Assembly: GCA_012295275.1 (NCBI GenBank)
Contig: CM022665.1
Coordinates: 40,114,001 to 40,178,000, forward strand
Reading direction: 5' to 3'
Source: Chrysomallon squamiferum
Taxonomy: Eukaryota > Animalia > Mollusca
DNA: 64,000 nt
The translations under genes and the position numbers were made by a program. Positions 15,655 to 29,562 of the stretch are shown one piece after another (position 1 is the first letter of the stretch; the number at the start of each line of letters is the position of its first letter). The notes under the pieces are model-generated. The model was given only the letters and a program-made list of their open reading frames with translations, did not search any database and was not told the origin of the DNA.

Positions 15655-16080
15655 AAGGGTGCACAGTAGTTTACCAGTGACAGTGTGAGTGATAGGGTGT
15701 ACAGGCTGCGCAGTAGTTTACCAGTGACAGTATGAGTGATAGGGTGTGCAGGCTGCGCAGTAGTTTACCAGTGACAGTATGAGTGATAGGGTGTGCAGGC
15801 TGCGCAGTAGTTTACCAGTGACAGTGTGAGTGATAGGGTGTGCAGACTGCACAGTAGTTTACCAGTGACAGTGTGAGAGATAGGTGTGCAGGCTGCGCAG
15901 TAGTTTACCAGTGACAGTATGAGTGATAGGGCGTGCAGGCTGCGCAGTAGTTTACCAGTGACAGTGTGAGTGATAGGGTGTGCAGGCTGCACAGTAGTTT
16001 ACCAGTGACAGTGTGAGTGATAGGGTGTGCAGGCTGCGCAGTAGTTTACCAGTGACAGTGTGAGTGATAGGGTGTGCAAG
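15655..16080. repeat. 47-bp minisatellite, about 9 copies
   Basis: Unit CAGTAGTTTACCAGTGACAGTGTGAGTGATAGGGTGTGCAGGCTGCG, head-to-tail with no spacers. Confidence 0.97.
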
Positions 16081-16279
16081 TGTGATACACAGCCAGAGTT
16101 GTCTTACGACACATATTCCTATCACTGTCACTGCCCATCTGAAACTTTAATACTTCATGGAATTTTAGCCTATTATAGTCTTACATTTGTTAAAAGGAAA
16201 CGACTGCACAATATACACCATTAAAAATATAGCCTTTGTACAGTTTTTTGACATTTTAATAGTCCATTGCTTAGGACAC

Positions 16280-16553
16280 AAAAGATGCAGCCATATGAAC
16301 GTACCCAGTCACATGAATGGATACAAACTCGCACACACTCGCAGGAACACACATACACACAGATGGATGCCCATACATGCACACACATACATATATACAC
16401 ACACACAAACAGACACTCACACTTATGCTAACATTTCCTATTGGATATTCTCATCATCTCTTTCTCAGACAATGCAGACACACATAGTACTTATTTCATA
16501 GTATCTAGCTTGTATTCTCTTTGCCAATCTCAGTCAGTTTTTATAAACTAAGC

Positions 16554-16646
<93 letters not shown>

Positions 16647-16758
16647 ACGTATTTCTAAAACTCACTTCATAGTAGCTATCCTGTAATCTATGCTTTTATA
16701 AAGTAAACTCTCTCTCTCACATACACTTATTTCTAATTATCATAATAGTCATAAACAA

Positions 16759-16801
<43 letters not shown>

Positions 16802-17246
16802 GGAATTTAACACAGATATATATTTCTATTTGGTGCAGTTTACATTTTTGTAGGCCTTTTTTTTTCTGCTATATTTCTGTTAAATACGTTTTTTTAGTTT
16901 TTAATGTGTAACCTTAAGAATGTAGTTTTTTTGTGATTAACTAAATTAGAAATTAGCAAGATTTATATTTTTGTTTTAAATGAAATCAGAAAATTAAAAT
17001 GAGACAATTAAGTTTGCTTCATTCAAAATGTAAAAACCAAAAACAAAAGACATTTCATCATTCTGTGAATTGATGTCAAAGATAAAATTTTGTTTGATGT
17101 TTTGAAGTAGATTAAAATAGTAACAAGAAACGTTTTACAGAGAAAAAAAATAGTAAAAGCTGAATGACTATTAATACATTAAATTCACATTCATTTAAAT
17201 TAACATTTGTTTTTCTCTACCTTTAATTTCCATATATATATATATA
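16280..17246. repeat. Diverged copy of the GTF2E1 downstream flank (57397-58174), left half
   Basis: Collinear match (roughly 85% by eye) ending in the same ...atttcca(TA)n tract. Confidence 0.85.
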
Positions 17247-18019
17247 AGAAAATCGATTCATTAATAACCAAAGAAAACAACGTGAACTTGTATAATGCTC
17301 GCGCTGCACCGGTGCATTCCTAAATTGGAGGAAATATATATAAAAATAAAATATCATGTCTGCGCCCCTGAAACATGATTGGAAATATTAGTTTTGTTGG
17401 TAAGTTTTGATTAGTCATAGTAATTCTGATTCGTTATAACCATTGTTAACTCTTATACTACAATCGTGTTGTATCAGTAAATGTTTCTGAAGTAAAAAAT
17501 TAAAATGCAATGAATATTAAGTCCAGATTTCTTATTTTTATTTTAATATTTTTTATTAGGAATCGTAATTTCAGTCTCGACTCAGTGCTAGTGCTAGTCC
17601 TGAATAAACATCCAAGTTTCCTTTCGTCACGTTCCAACCACAGATATGACAGCATACTTTAGTGCACATTATTCTTATTGCAGACAGCACTCAATTGTGA
17701 TTTCATTAAAAACTACATTTAGACTCATTTATAATTTATAATCATAATGATAAATACATTTCATCATTAATTTTATTTTGTTATCAGTTATTTTTTAAAT
17801 TATTATTCAAAGATGCAAGGCTGATTTCAAACAAATTTGGCAAGTGATGTAAATATTTGATATATTTAAATATAAACCAAAGAATTTTATTTTATTTTAT
17901 TTTTTATTATTTTTTAATTTTATTTTATAAAGCAAATTTTGATATCAAAATATATAAGCAAAACTGAAAGTGAAAATAATATATTTTAATAAAAATATTT
18001 ATCTTATGACTTTCATATA

Positions 18020-18053
<34 letters not shown>

Positions 18054-18088
18054 TTCATTACAGGTGAAACCCCTGTAACTTTGACAAC

Positions 18089-21047
18089 ATGAATATTAAC
18101 AGTCCATTGTTGTGTAGGATTATAAATTGGAAACTTTATCATTTGATTAGTAATATCTGTGTCAAAAAAATCGTGCCTTAATCTGTCAGTTTTCAAGATG
18201 TCTCGTTGTATTCTGGTTTGTTCACCTTGCCAGCACAAAGACACTGTGTGTTATGTCAGAGTTGAGCCTTGCATACAATGTCTCCATTGTGTGCAGCCAA
18301 GGCTAGAAATACGAAGACGAAAATGGTAATCATAACAATAATAATAATCTGTTTATTTATTAGTGTGGGTGTGTGTGTGTGTGCGCACGTGTATACATAC
18401 ATATGCACAGTACCTCTGATACATTTTAAATAATGGGTTGTCTGAAAAGTTTTGAACAATTTCCAGAGTTGTGTTTTAAAGCACTTTATGTGACAGTGTA
18501 ATGTTGGTATGACTGATAAAGTTTGCATCACTTGCACAAGTTGCAGTGTGATAACCTACTGGCTACGTCTCACACAAGAAATCGGTCATCTCTTCCTTTT
18601 GTGATGTTTTGTCAGCTGTTATCAACAACAAAAATAGGTAACCAAAAGTTGTATTTTCAACATGTAATTATTATTTTTCCTTAAAAAGGGTAAAATCACT
18701 GCAGGAACATGTAAAAATCATTTTGTGAAGGTGCTAAATGTGAATCAGTAATTTGGAGATGGTTTGCAAAATTCAGATGCATGGGATTTCAGCTTAGAAT
18801 ATGCCAATCGCTCTGGAAGACCTTCAGATTTGGATAATGATTTATTTGAAGGTAAACACTGAAGCTAACCCAAACTTCATGACTGAGGAGCTTGCAGAAA
18901 TATTGGCTGTCCCCAAAAATACAGTTCATGAACGCTTAGTGAAATTTTGGTACATTTACCCGCTATGATGTTTGGATACCTCACAACCAGTCAGAGGAAA
19001 ACTGCATGGACCAGTGCTTCATCTGCATGCTGCTCTTAAAATGCAATAAATCTGGACCTTTCTTTAACTTACTATCACCAGAGATGAAAAATGGATTGTC
19101 TCCACTAACACAGTGTGAAAAAGTTGCAGACATTTGTGTGAAAATCCACCAACAGACCTACCAAAGCTGAATGTTCATGAAAAAAGGTTATACTTTTGTC
19201 TGTTTGGATTTCAAAGTCATTATGTATTATGAGCTGCTACCAACCAGTTATATCATCAATTCTGATTACCACTGTCACCAGCTGGAAAAAAATATTAAAA
19301 AGCCAGAACTAGCCAGCATGGAAAGGGTTGTGTTCCAACAAGACAATGCCAGACCTTGTATGTGTTTTTGGCTGCCCACACAATGTCATACGAGTTGGGG
19401 TGGAGTCTCTTACTATATCAACCACACCCTCCCAATACTGCACCTTCTGAGTTTCATTTGTTTAGGTCCCTGCAATATTTGTGCAATATTTATTGATCTA
19501 GATGCCATCAAAAAAATCCTGGATAATGTCTTTTCCTCCAGGACAGCCCAATTCTGCATGGGTGGAATTATGTGGCAGTCAAACAGATGAACTAAAGTTA
19601 TTCATAAAAATGGAGGATTTGATTTATTAATAACATTTATTGTAATGTGGATAAATCTGTTTTATTTCCATCCTTCAAAAATGCTCAGAATTTGCTGGAC
19701 AAACCATTATATGCCCTTAATTTGTCATCATGGATACGGAACTTCGAAATTTATCTACTTTATTTCATATAATACTGATAGTTTAAAATCGTATTTGTTA
19801 CTGAGATAAGTAGCATTGTACTTTATTATTTTTTCAGAATATTATTAGTAAATTACATACAAATTATAATGAAATGAGTATATCTTGTTATTATTTTTTA
19901 ATAAAATTTTTTTTTTTATTATTATAATTATTATTATTATTATTATCAGATTCGTCCAGTCAGAGTAAACATAAAGCCTATAAAACAAGAGGTAATCAGT
20001 TCACTCAAATATGACTGTTGCTGAACTTGCTAAGGCCTTGAGCAAAGATACAGGTTGGTTTAATAATAGCATATATAAATGTATATATATATATTAAAAG
20101 TAAATAAAAATAAACACATAAGAATAAAATGCATACATCAGTGAACACATACACCATATACATATATATATACACATACACACACACACTTTTAATTTTT
20201 ATCTTTTATTTTTTTTATTAATTAATATAATTATTATCTTGCTAATAATTAAACAATATTGATTAATATGATATTTAGCATCTTGGATGTGTTTGTAATT
20301 TTCCAGACCATGTTTTTGATGTGCTGGCCTATGTTCCAGGTGGTGACAAATTTGATACAGAAAACTCGGGTATGAATGAATTTAACACAAATCTTCAAAA
20401 GAAAATCAGTGAAGTACATCTGTTTAAGATTATAATAAGGAAAGATTGTAATTTGTGTACAATAAGTGAGCAATGATCATTTAATAATAATGTCTTGATG
20501 TTATTGTAATATATAAATGTAAGATATGGATAATACGTGTGTGTGTGTGTGTGTGTCTATAGACAGAAGTATTAGTTATTTAGATACAGATACGGATATA
20601 GTTACGTGTTTGTATATATCTAGAGAGAGTGAGAATCGGAGAGACAGAAAAACAAACAGAATGAGAGAGAACAAGAGATACTGATTAATGTAAATTTTTA
20701 AAATTATGTTATAAATGAAATAAAAATGCAGTAACAAACAGGTTTTGAAGCACTGATGTTAGTTCCTTTTCTTATGTAACTTTGCCTATCATCTTTAATT
20801 TTATTACTGCTAGTATTATTATTACTACTACTACTACATTATAGTTATTATTTTTCTTTCATTTTTATAATTATTACTAATAACTAGATACATATTATAA
20901 TTAATATTCTTAATTTATGTAATTAATTAATAAATTAATTTTTGATAGAAATTGATGATTTGAGAGTAATCCAAGAAGTTGTAAAAAAATCAGGCTACAG
21001 ATGCAAACTTGGACAGAAAACACAAGTTAAGGAAAAGGAAAACAAAG
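18089..21047 (+). pseudogene. MTIF2: Mitochondrial translation initiation factor IF-2, disabled 5' fragment
   Basis: Exons 18089-18325 (transit-peptide-like; in-frame TAA 18179, TGA 18263), 19950-20053 (frameshift), 20307-20369, 20949-21047. They give NMTVAELAKALSKDT|DHVFDVLAYVPGGDKFDTENS|EIDDLRVIQEVVKKSGYRCKL...EKENK, matching the MTIF2 N-domain. No G-domain exons follow. Confidence 0.75.
18433..19707 (+). mobile_element. Full-length decayed mariner transposon (~1.27 kb)
   Basis: Imperfect TIRs (ATGGGTTGTCTGAAAAG... / ...GCTGGACAAACCAT) with TA on both sides. Broken transposase motifs WFAKFR, RSGRP, WIPH, DEKWI, QQDNARP, APSEFHLF. Confidence 0.9.
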
Positions 21048-21179
21048 GTATAATCCGCCAGTACATATAACATTAAATTTAATATCTTCACTCTAACACA
21101 CACACAAACACACACACACATGAAGGAATGAGGACTGCAGAGATGTGGGAACAAATCTCACTGCTGGAAACACTTGGAA

Positions 21180-21527
21180 TTAAAGGCTGATAAACCTACG
21201 GAGTGGCTCGTAAGTAACGAGGTTATTTCTGATTGCGGAATTTACACAAAGATGACGTTCTGTTGAAGAACAGGGTGAAAAATGTCTTGGAGTTAATGGA
21301 GAACACTTTCAATAATATTTGTAAACATATTGAATGTAAATTCTTTTTTTTAAATAAAAAGAAAACAAAAGAAAAAAGATTAATGAATTGAATTTCAGAA
21401 AGAAATTCTTAAATTCAAAAGACAGAATGGAAAGATGAATTATATGAAAAGACTGGTTAAAAAATAAAAGTTGTGATTTTTAGTAAACATCTTTGATATG
21501 AAGGTTACCTCCTTCTCAGTTGCTCAT
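21180..21527 (-). pseudogene. Possible orphan last two exons of an unidentified gene
   Basis: Exons 21527-21509 and 21259-21180 have AG/GT sites and matching phase: MSN*EG|ERHLCVNSAIRNNLVTYEPLRRFISL*. No homolog recognised. Confidence 0.3.
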
Positions 21528-21964
21528 CTTGAAATAAAAATCACAAAATACAGTGTCACTATTTATTTTAAATAAAAGTCATGTTGTTTTGTTTTGGGGT
21601 TTTTTGTTTGATAATTTGTTTCTTTGTTTTGTTATTTTAATTAAAGCAAACACAAGGGTGAAAAATAATAGTAATAAATAAATAAATAAATAAATAAACA
21701 ATAACAAAATAATAATAATTAAAAAAAACATACCTTAAAATGCTGATCTTTAGAATTTAACCAATACTGACATTATTATATACAATATTACAAATTATAA
21801 TAGTTATTTTTTATTTTATAGTTTTTTTTTAAAAATAAAGTATATAATACCTACAACATAAAATCTGCTCAGAATACTTTCATAAAACTACTTTCACAGA
21901 ACAATTTATCAGAATCATTTTCATTTAGGCCAGTTTATAAAATGCTATGATATACAAAGATATA

Positions 21965-22560
21965 TATAGTGAATTCTGTGAGAACCAGATTTTGTTGGGA
22001 TATGCCATTTTAGACAGAGTGCCAGTTTATAAAGATTAAAATAACATAAAATTGGAATATGTTTTATTACAAGTTAAATGTCTAACAAGTGTGAGTGTTA
22101 AAATAGTCTGTCACTGACAACTGTGTTTTTTTCATATTTCTCTCCAAAGCAAACTCCTCTGTCATGGCCTCCATGTTTTAACATCAGTTGCAAAAGTCTT
22201 CTTTTGGTTGTAGCAGCAACAAATTTAATTAATTTTATTATTTTAAGAATGATAGTGTATAAAAGTTTGCATGTATCATCAATCCATTCAGATTTTTCAG
22301 TTTGCAGGTCATTACATTTTCTTTCTGCCAAATAGTTGGTTTCATACAACTGTTGGTAATGAATACTGCATTTTAAATTGCTTAGCTAAATCTTTCTGTT
22401 TAAACAGTGGATTTGATGTAAACTATTCAAGTAATTTCACTTTAGACTGCATTGAAAGCTTGGTAAGTTGCCATTTTTTTAGGTTGTTCTGACATTACGA
22501 TGAATTCAATAAAACAATGCAAAATGTGCGCCATATTCATTTATGCAGGCGTCTGCTTTT
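21965..22560 (-). mobile_element. pogo/Tigger remnant
   Basis: Tigger-like terminal sequence (...ttagacagagtgccagtttata) and a decayed CENP-B/psq-type HTH: QLTKLSMQSKVKLLE*FTSNPLFKQKDLAKQF. Confidence 0.5.
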
Positions 22561-24009
22561 GATACTAAATCTAAAATGAATGAATTCACCTAGGTATCAA
22601 TACACACTAACAATAATCTTGTTCATCTGACTGCATACAGTAATTACAAGAAGCATGGCATCATTGTCTGTTAAACCTTGTCAGAGATTTTAGATGAATC
22701 ATGGCACAATAAGTGCGTAATTTTACCATAATTGTGTTAATTAAAATTGTGACAGATCACACAAAAACTCAAACAACATATTTTATTGATTTCAGCCAAA
22801 ACATTTTTATAAACATGAAAGTTGAGATGTTTTCAAAAGTGTTTATGGTGAAAACAAAATTCATCAATTGATCATTGGACTGCATATATTCCTGATATAT
22901 TAAATAAAATAAAACTTGCCTAATAGCAAAACATTATAATCATGCGTTAGTATGTATGTCTGTGCATGTATGTGCATGTGCACATGCATGTGTCATGAAT
23001 GTTAGTCTTCCTGCATATATTATATATACATACCTGTGTTTCAAACTTGACAAATGGACAATCAGTCTCCAAAATTATCAGCTGTTTCAGATGACTCCCT
23101 TCACTGATTTTCAAAGAAAACTACAATAACAATAATAATAATAAAATAATAGCTTTTACTTTATACATTATTTACATACCGAAAAAGAAAAGTGACAGTA
23201 AAGTAATTAAAGAAACTTATTTTGATAGGCAAAGAAACTAAGATACATTTAATGAACCAAGTTTGAAAATTAACAGTTTCAGTACTTTACAAATTAAAAA
23301 ATCCAAAAAAATATAAATTAAAAAAAAAGAAGTTTTATTACCTTTATTAGAGTTGTTTGTACGTATTCTAATGTAGAAAAAAAACCCAACAAAAACACCA
23401 CTGTAAGTTAATTTATTGTAAGAACAACGTCATATCAATTTCATGGAAGATGATGAAACTGCTTACTTCTACTACTGCCTTGAGAGGACCTTTATCCAGA
23501 ACTCTAGCCTTGGAGACTACATTTTCTACCGGTTTTCTGAAAATTTTAAATATATATATATACACACACATAAATATAAAATCTTCTACATTATTTTAAC
23601 AAACATATATTTGAATACAAAAAATGTGCATATATAATTACATTTACATGTGTATATTCATAATTACACATAAAGCATACTTCCATTTTAATAGTTTCAT
23701 TATCCATCAAGAAGATATTGAAATAAATTTCAATTCTCTCATAAATTTTCTGTTCATAAGACAATTAGGACTTCTAAAATAAAACAGAGTTACCTGGTTT
23801 CTAGATGGTAATCCATCACATCCCAGGCATCTCAGAACAGTGGTATGTCATCAAAAATGACAAACTGATTGGCTGGGTGGTCAGGACTTACAGTATTCCT
23901 TCAAGAGAAAAAAAACAACAAAAAACAGCATCCAGATAAACCTGTTTGTACTTTAACTTTTATACAAAATCATAGAAGTTTGTAATCTCAAATTCTGTGA
24001 GAGAGGGTG

Positions 24010-24228
24010 ATGGGTTAGGATTAAGATTAGGGTTGGGGTTGGGGTTGGTGTTAGGGTTAGAGGTTGGTGGTTAGGGTTAGGGTTGGGGTTGGGATCGGGT
24101 TATATGTTGGTGGTTAGGGTTGGGGCTGGCTTGGGGTTAGAGGTTGGTGGTTAGGGTTGGGGTTAGAGGTTGGTGGTTAGGGTTGAGGTTGGGGCAAGAT
24201 TGATGATGTGTTTAGGTTAGGGTTAGAA
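24010..24228 (+). repeat. Degenerate TTAGGG/TTGGGG telomere-like tract (intronic)
   Basis: Runs of ggttag, gggttg and ggttgg. Confidence 0.85.
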
Positions 24229-26070
24229 ACTGAGTAGTTTTGGGATTCTCGTTTTGTGGGATTTGGGTTCAAGATTCTGGCTATTAAGGATTTAGGTTCA
24301 GGATTTTGTCTGACATTCAGCATCTTGACTTTTTGGCCTGCGACACAAATTTTTAATAGGTATACAATAATTTATATTCAATAAAACATGGATACTTCTT
24401 GCTTAAGACTAACAAACCTATCTTCTCAGTGTGTTCCCTCTATCTATAAATCACCCCCAAAAAAAAAAAATTAAACACAGATATCCCAAATCAGTAATTG
24501 CTATAATGAGGAACATTATTTCTAAGTGAAATGAAAGTATGAGTGTTTATTTACTTATCAAATCCTGAGACTTTGAGTGAAGTGACTCTTCCACACTGAT
24601 CTATCAACATAGACAGATGTCCATTCCTCATCATAATCAAACCATTCTGAAATGTACAGTGTTATAATATACACAGTAATTTACAATGTCATAATTAACA
24701 TGAAATACACAATGTTATAATGAACGTGAAATATACTATAATAAAATATACATTAAATATATAATGTTAAGATGCATATTAAATATGTTTTAATGTATAT
24801 AAAATACATAATGTAAATTATTAAACCTACTCTTACCTCATTTTTATATGCCTGGACAATATCAGTAACTGGCAGTGGTACAAGGGGAGCAACTCCACAA
24901 CCTGGAGCTTTGATGTAAGCTGTAAATAAAACAATAATAATCAGCATTTGTTTTTGAATTTATTTATCTATTTATCATTTAGTAAACATTAACTAGAATA
25001 ACATTTAATTTTATTTAGAACATTATTATGATAACCACTATTTATTTATTTAGATCATTATTATGACTACTGCTACTACTTTTCCTACTACAATTACTAC
25101 TACTACCACTACTGCTACTACCATTACTATTTCTGCTGCTTCTACTACTGCTACTAGTGTCACCATTTCTGCTACCACCACTACAGCTACAACTATTACT
25201 ATTACTAGTATTCCTATTAATATTATTATTACTATTACTTCAACTATCATTACAGTGGGTTGCCAGAGCCCAAGGAAAGGAAAGTATTGCACCCCCAACT
25301 CATCTCCAAGACCCTTTGACCAATGCAGAAGTGAACCCTTTACCCACAAAACAAGTATTTTAAGAAAATTCTGATGTAATTAAAGTAAACTGCATTTAAT
25401 GCTAACATCATATATAAAAATTTTGATTCCAGAAATAAAAAATATCATTGCATAAAAGTTGTGTGCAAGCAATATGACAGTGCCATCAATACAACAGGAA
25501 TTTATATATACAAATATTTTCATGAAAATATTCAAATGTCATCCATAATATGATAGGAATTTACATATAGACATTAGAAGTTATGGAAGGAACATTTTTT
25601 GTGTGATAGAGAAAGTATACTATTCTATTACTACTTTTTTTATTTATTTATTTTTTTGTTTATTTATTATTATTATTATTTTAATTTTGGGCCTGCCATG
25701 GACTACTCCCATTATTAGTACTGCAATAAGAATGACAATCACCATCACTATTATACCACAGCCATCAAATCATATGTTAAAATTTACAGTTCTTACAAAT
25801 TAGGTTTTCCTGCATCCTCATAATGCCAGCTTTCTCATAAAAAAACTAAGTAAGTAAATTCTTCCATATTTAACCATTTTCTCACCTAAAGTATTTCCAT
25901 GGCTGTCTGTTTGTACAGGTCCGTTTGGCTTTCTAGGTTTCTTTGCTTCTTCATTATCTCCCCTTTGTAACACAACGACCCCTGACCTCTCCCAGCAGAG
26001 GGAGTTGATAACTGATGGAGCAGTCACATCACTTTCCTGAATAACAAGTCAAAGAAAGAAGCAAACATTA

Positions 26071-26770
26071 TTTGAATAATTTTCTTTATCATGATTTTAA
26101 TAAATTGTTAGTGTCTGTTTGTCATTAAATAAATCAAGTAATAAAGTAATAAATAAATAAATAAATAAAACAAGACTGTAGAAATGTTTGTTTTCTCTTT
26201 AATTATCATTATTTGGGATTGACATTTGAGAAGTTAATAATAAAAATGCCAAAATTCTGACGCAAACACTCTATATTAATGTGCCTTAATATTAAAACAG
26301 TCACTATTAATGTGCCTGAACACTAAAGCAAATAGCCCATAATAATGTACCTGAACATTAAGCAATGAGTTCATATTAATGTGCCTGATATATTAAAGCA
26401 AACTTTCCATAATAATTATTTGAATAATTTTCTTTATTGTGATTTTAATAAATTGTTAGTATCTGTTTGTCATTAAATAAATAAATAAATAAATAAAACA
26501 AGATTGTAGAAATGTTTGTTTTCTCTTACTTTATTATTATTTGGGATTGACATCTGAGAAGTTAATAATAAAAATGCCCAAACTCTGACTCAAACACTCT
26601 ATATTAATGTGCTTAAACACTAAAGCAAATAATCCATAATAATGTGACTGAACACTAAAGCAATGAGTTCATAATAATGTGCCTGAACATAAAGCAATGA
26701 GTTCATACTAATGTGCCTGAACACTAAAGCAATGAGTTCATATTAATGTGCCTGAACATTAAAGCACTCA
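26071..26770. repeat. Local ~345-bp duplication containing ~35-bp tandem units
   Basis: 26071-26400 resembles 26416-26770; unit TAATGTGCCTGAACACTAAAGCAATGAGTTCATAT. Confidence 0.85.
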
Positions 26771-27906
26771 GCCCATAAATAACTGCTTGAAACGCATACT
26801 AAATGAAAGCCAGCCAAATTCAAGTTGTTGCAGCAAGTGATATAAGTGAGTAAATGTTAATATCTAATAGTATTACTTTTCCCAACACATTTGCCAAAGC
26901 TTTAGCATAAAGTTCAGTTCCTGCATCTTCAACATCTGCAGTGACAGAAGGAAAATACATATTATTACACGTGTGTCACAAAATATAAACACATACAAAG
27001 GATAAAAAAAGTAAAGAATGAACTTTATTATTATTTCAAGTCTGAAATGTGTTTCCACCACAGTTCTGATTGTGACAGATATAAGTATGTTTGTGGGTCA
27101 GATAAGAGATGTATGGATGTGTGAATGTATGATGATGTATGTCACAGAACAGACTACTTTGATGTCACTGGGCAATGAATGAAAATTTCTACCATAAAGG
27201 ATTTGTACTAGTTTCTTCCTTAGGAAACAACAGAAGACATTTTGCTTAGTAACTCAGTTTACAAAATAAAATCAAAAACTAATAATAATAATAAAAGGAT
27301 TAAAAAACATTAAATAGTTTGTTACCTTTGTAATACTTGTGAGCATCTTCATACACCTAAAAAATAATTTATTTTTCATTATTATAAACACAAAAATTAA
27401 CTTAAATGCATTTTATTTCCATAGGATTCCTTTATTTCTTACTACTTAACAACCTTTTACTACTAATAAATTTAAACCTACAATTTAATTTTGATAGTGA
27501 TAAAAGCAATTAACATCTTATTTTATTATTGAAAACAGCCTTTTTGTTTTTGCAGACCTTCTGAAAGGTCCTTGAAGTCTGTTTATCCACATGACCCTCC
27601 CCACCAAGTTCATGGACCACATTTTGAAGACTGAGGCTATAACCTAATAACTTACAATATGGATAGAAGATCCAGGCAGGACATCGTGAAACTGGTTGAG
27701 AAGCAGCAGTTTACAGAGTCGCAGTATTTCACTCTGTGGGTATTTGTAGTTGCTGTCTTTTGATGAACTCTGAACTGTTGCTATGGTGGCAAACAGTTCT
27801 ATGTCTCTTAGGAGAATTTCACATTTTCTGTTCTCTTTCTTGACCTGATGATTTTAAAATAAATAAACGAAAAGATAAATAAATAAATAAATAACGAAAT
27901 AAATAA

Positions 27907-27973
<67 letters not shown>

Positions 27974-27989
27974 GTATTATAATATAATA

Positions 27990-28047
<58 letters not shown>

Positions 28048-29412
28048 AATAATAAGTATCATTACACATAATAATAACACTAATAACAATAACAACAACA
28101 ATAATAATAATAACACAACAATAACAACAGTAATAATAATAATAATAACTAATTAATTAATAAGTATAATAAGAATAACAGATAACCTTCTACACTGTGA
28201 TTCTGTAATGGCAATGATTTTAATATAGAAAATAATCTTTCCATTCACTGGCTTTCATTTGTATCTGTTGAAGAAATGCTGCCATTTAAACTACAAAAAT
28301 ACTATACATGTCCTAATATTTTTTTCACAGCCTATCTGCAGTTGTATTGACTTTGGGATTTCATTACTGACCCTTCTGAATACATAAAAACCTAGAATAA
28401 GGCTAAAAATGAGAAACTATTTAACAATATGACTGTAAGCAAATCTCGCCTTGGCCTGTGTGGTGTAGGTTCCATTGTGTAACTCCAGATACAGCTCTCC
28501 ATGCCAGATACACAAAGTTTTCTTACTTTCTTTTTCTACCAGTGAAAAAAACTCATCTGGTCCACTCAGTTTCACTCTGCAGTGAGATAGTTAGAATAAA
28601 GAGAAAATTAAAATCTGTTCTTAACTGTTTCACAGATAAAAAAACAAATAGTATTATTGTTATTAAAATTGCTTGTTATTTATAAATAATTTCAGAAATA
28701 ATAATAACTGATCTTGACAGTAGTTTTATGGAGATATATTTTACTCATACGTTTGAAGACTAGTTGTCTTTTTAATTATAATATTATTATAAAAACAGAA
28801 TGTTTGATAAATAATACTAATATATATTCAAGAGATGTAGATAGAGAGAGAGAGTGAGAGAGAGAGAGACATAAAGAGGAGAAGAGTATGTGTGTGTTTG
28901 TGTGTGTGTGTGTACATACAGAAATTAACAGAACATTTGATTTTGAGATGTCTTGAACATTATAACATTAATACAGTATATCATTAATGCAAGTAATCTA
29001 ATATCTTTGGGAGTAAACAATATATTGTATATGTGTTGTAAACTTACTTTGGAATTCCATCCACATTTTCTAATCTTTGTAGCTTTTCCAACATCTCCTC
29101 TCTGATTCGAGAATAAAGAAACAGAAAACAGAAAATGAATACAACATGAACAATAGTGATGATGATGATGATAATAACAATAAAAATATCAATAACAACA
29201 ACAATGAAACAATTTAATAATAATAACAGTAATAACAAAATTAATAATAATAGTAATAGTAATATTAATGGTAAGAAGAAACAGAAATAGCAACATTCAC
29301 CTATACAACTACATACATGATACAGTAACAGGATGGGAGAGTGTGTGTGTGCGTGTGCGTGTGTGTGTGTGTGTGTGAGTGAGTGAGTGAGTGAGTGAGT
29401 GAGTGAGTGAGT

Positions 29413-29462
<50 letters not shown>

Positions 29463-29511
29463 CAGACATAAAGAGAAGAAGAGAGAGTATCAATAATACA
29501 AAAGATTTTTT

Positions 29512-29562
<51 letters not shown>

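Noticed and set aside
15655-16080. Regular repeat array as a CRISPR-like locus
   Set aside because: Units are head-to-tail with no unique spacers, the context is eukaryotic and there are no cas genes. The same applies to the arrays at 32335 and 36420.
17355-17395. Partner TIR for the hAT-like end at 15453
   Set aside because: tgcgcccctg...gattggaaatattag is too degenerate and no 8-bp target duplication is visible.
23832-23834. In-frame TGA as selenocysteine or an A-to-I-corrected Trp codon
   Set aside because: The aligned residue is Trp, not Cys, and no SECIS is evident. Editing UGA to UGG is formally possible, but the frameshift and missing 3' exons make decay the simpler explanation.
25063-25374. 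Thr-rich mucin-like ORF
   Set aside because: Degenerate (ACT/ATT)n microsatellite inside a MAN2C1 intron.
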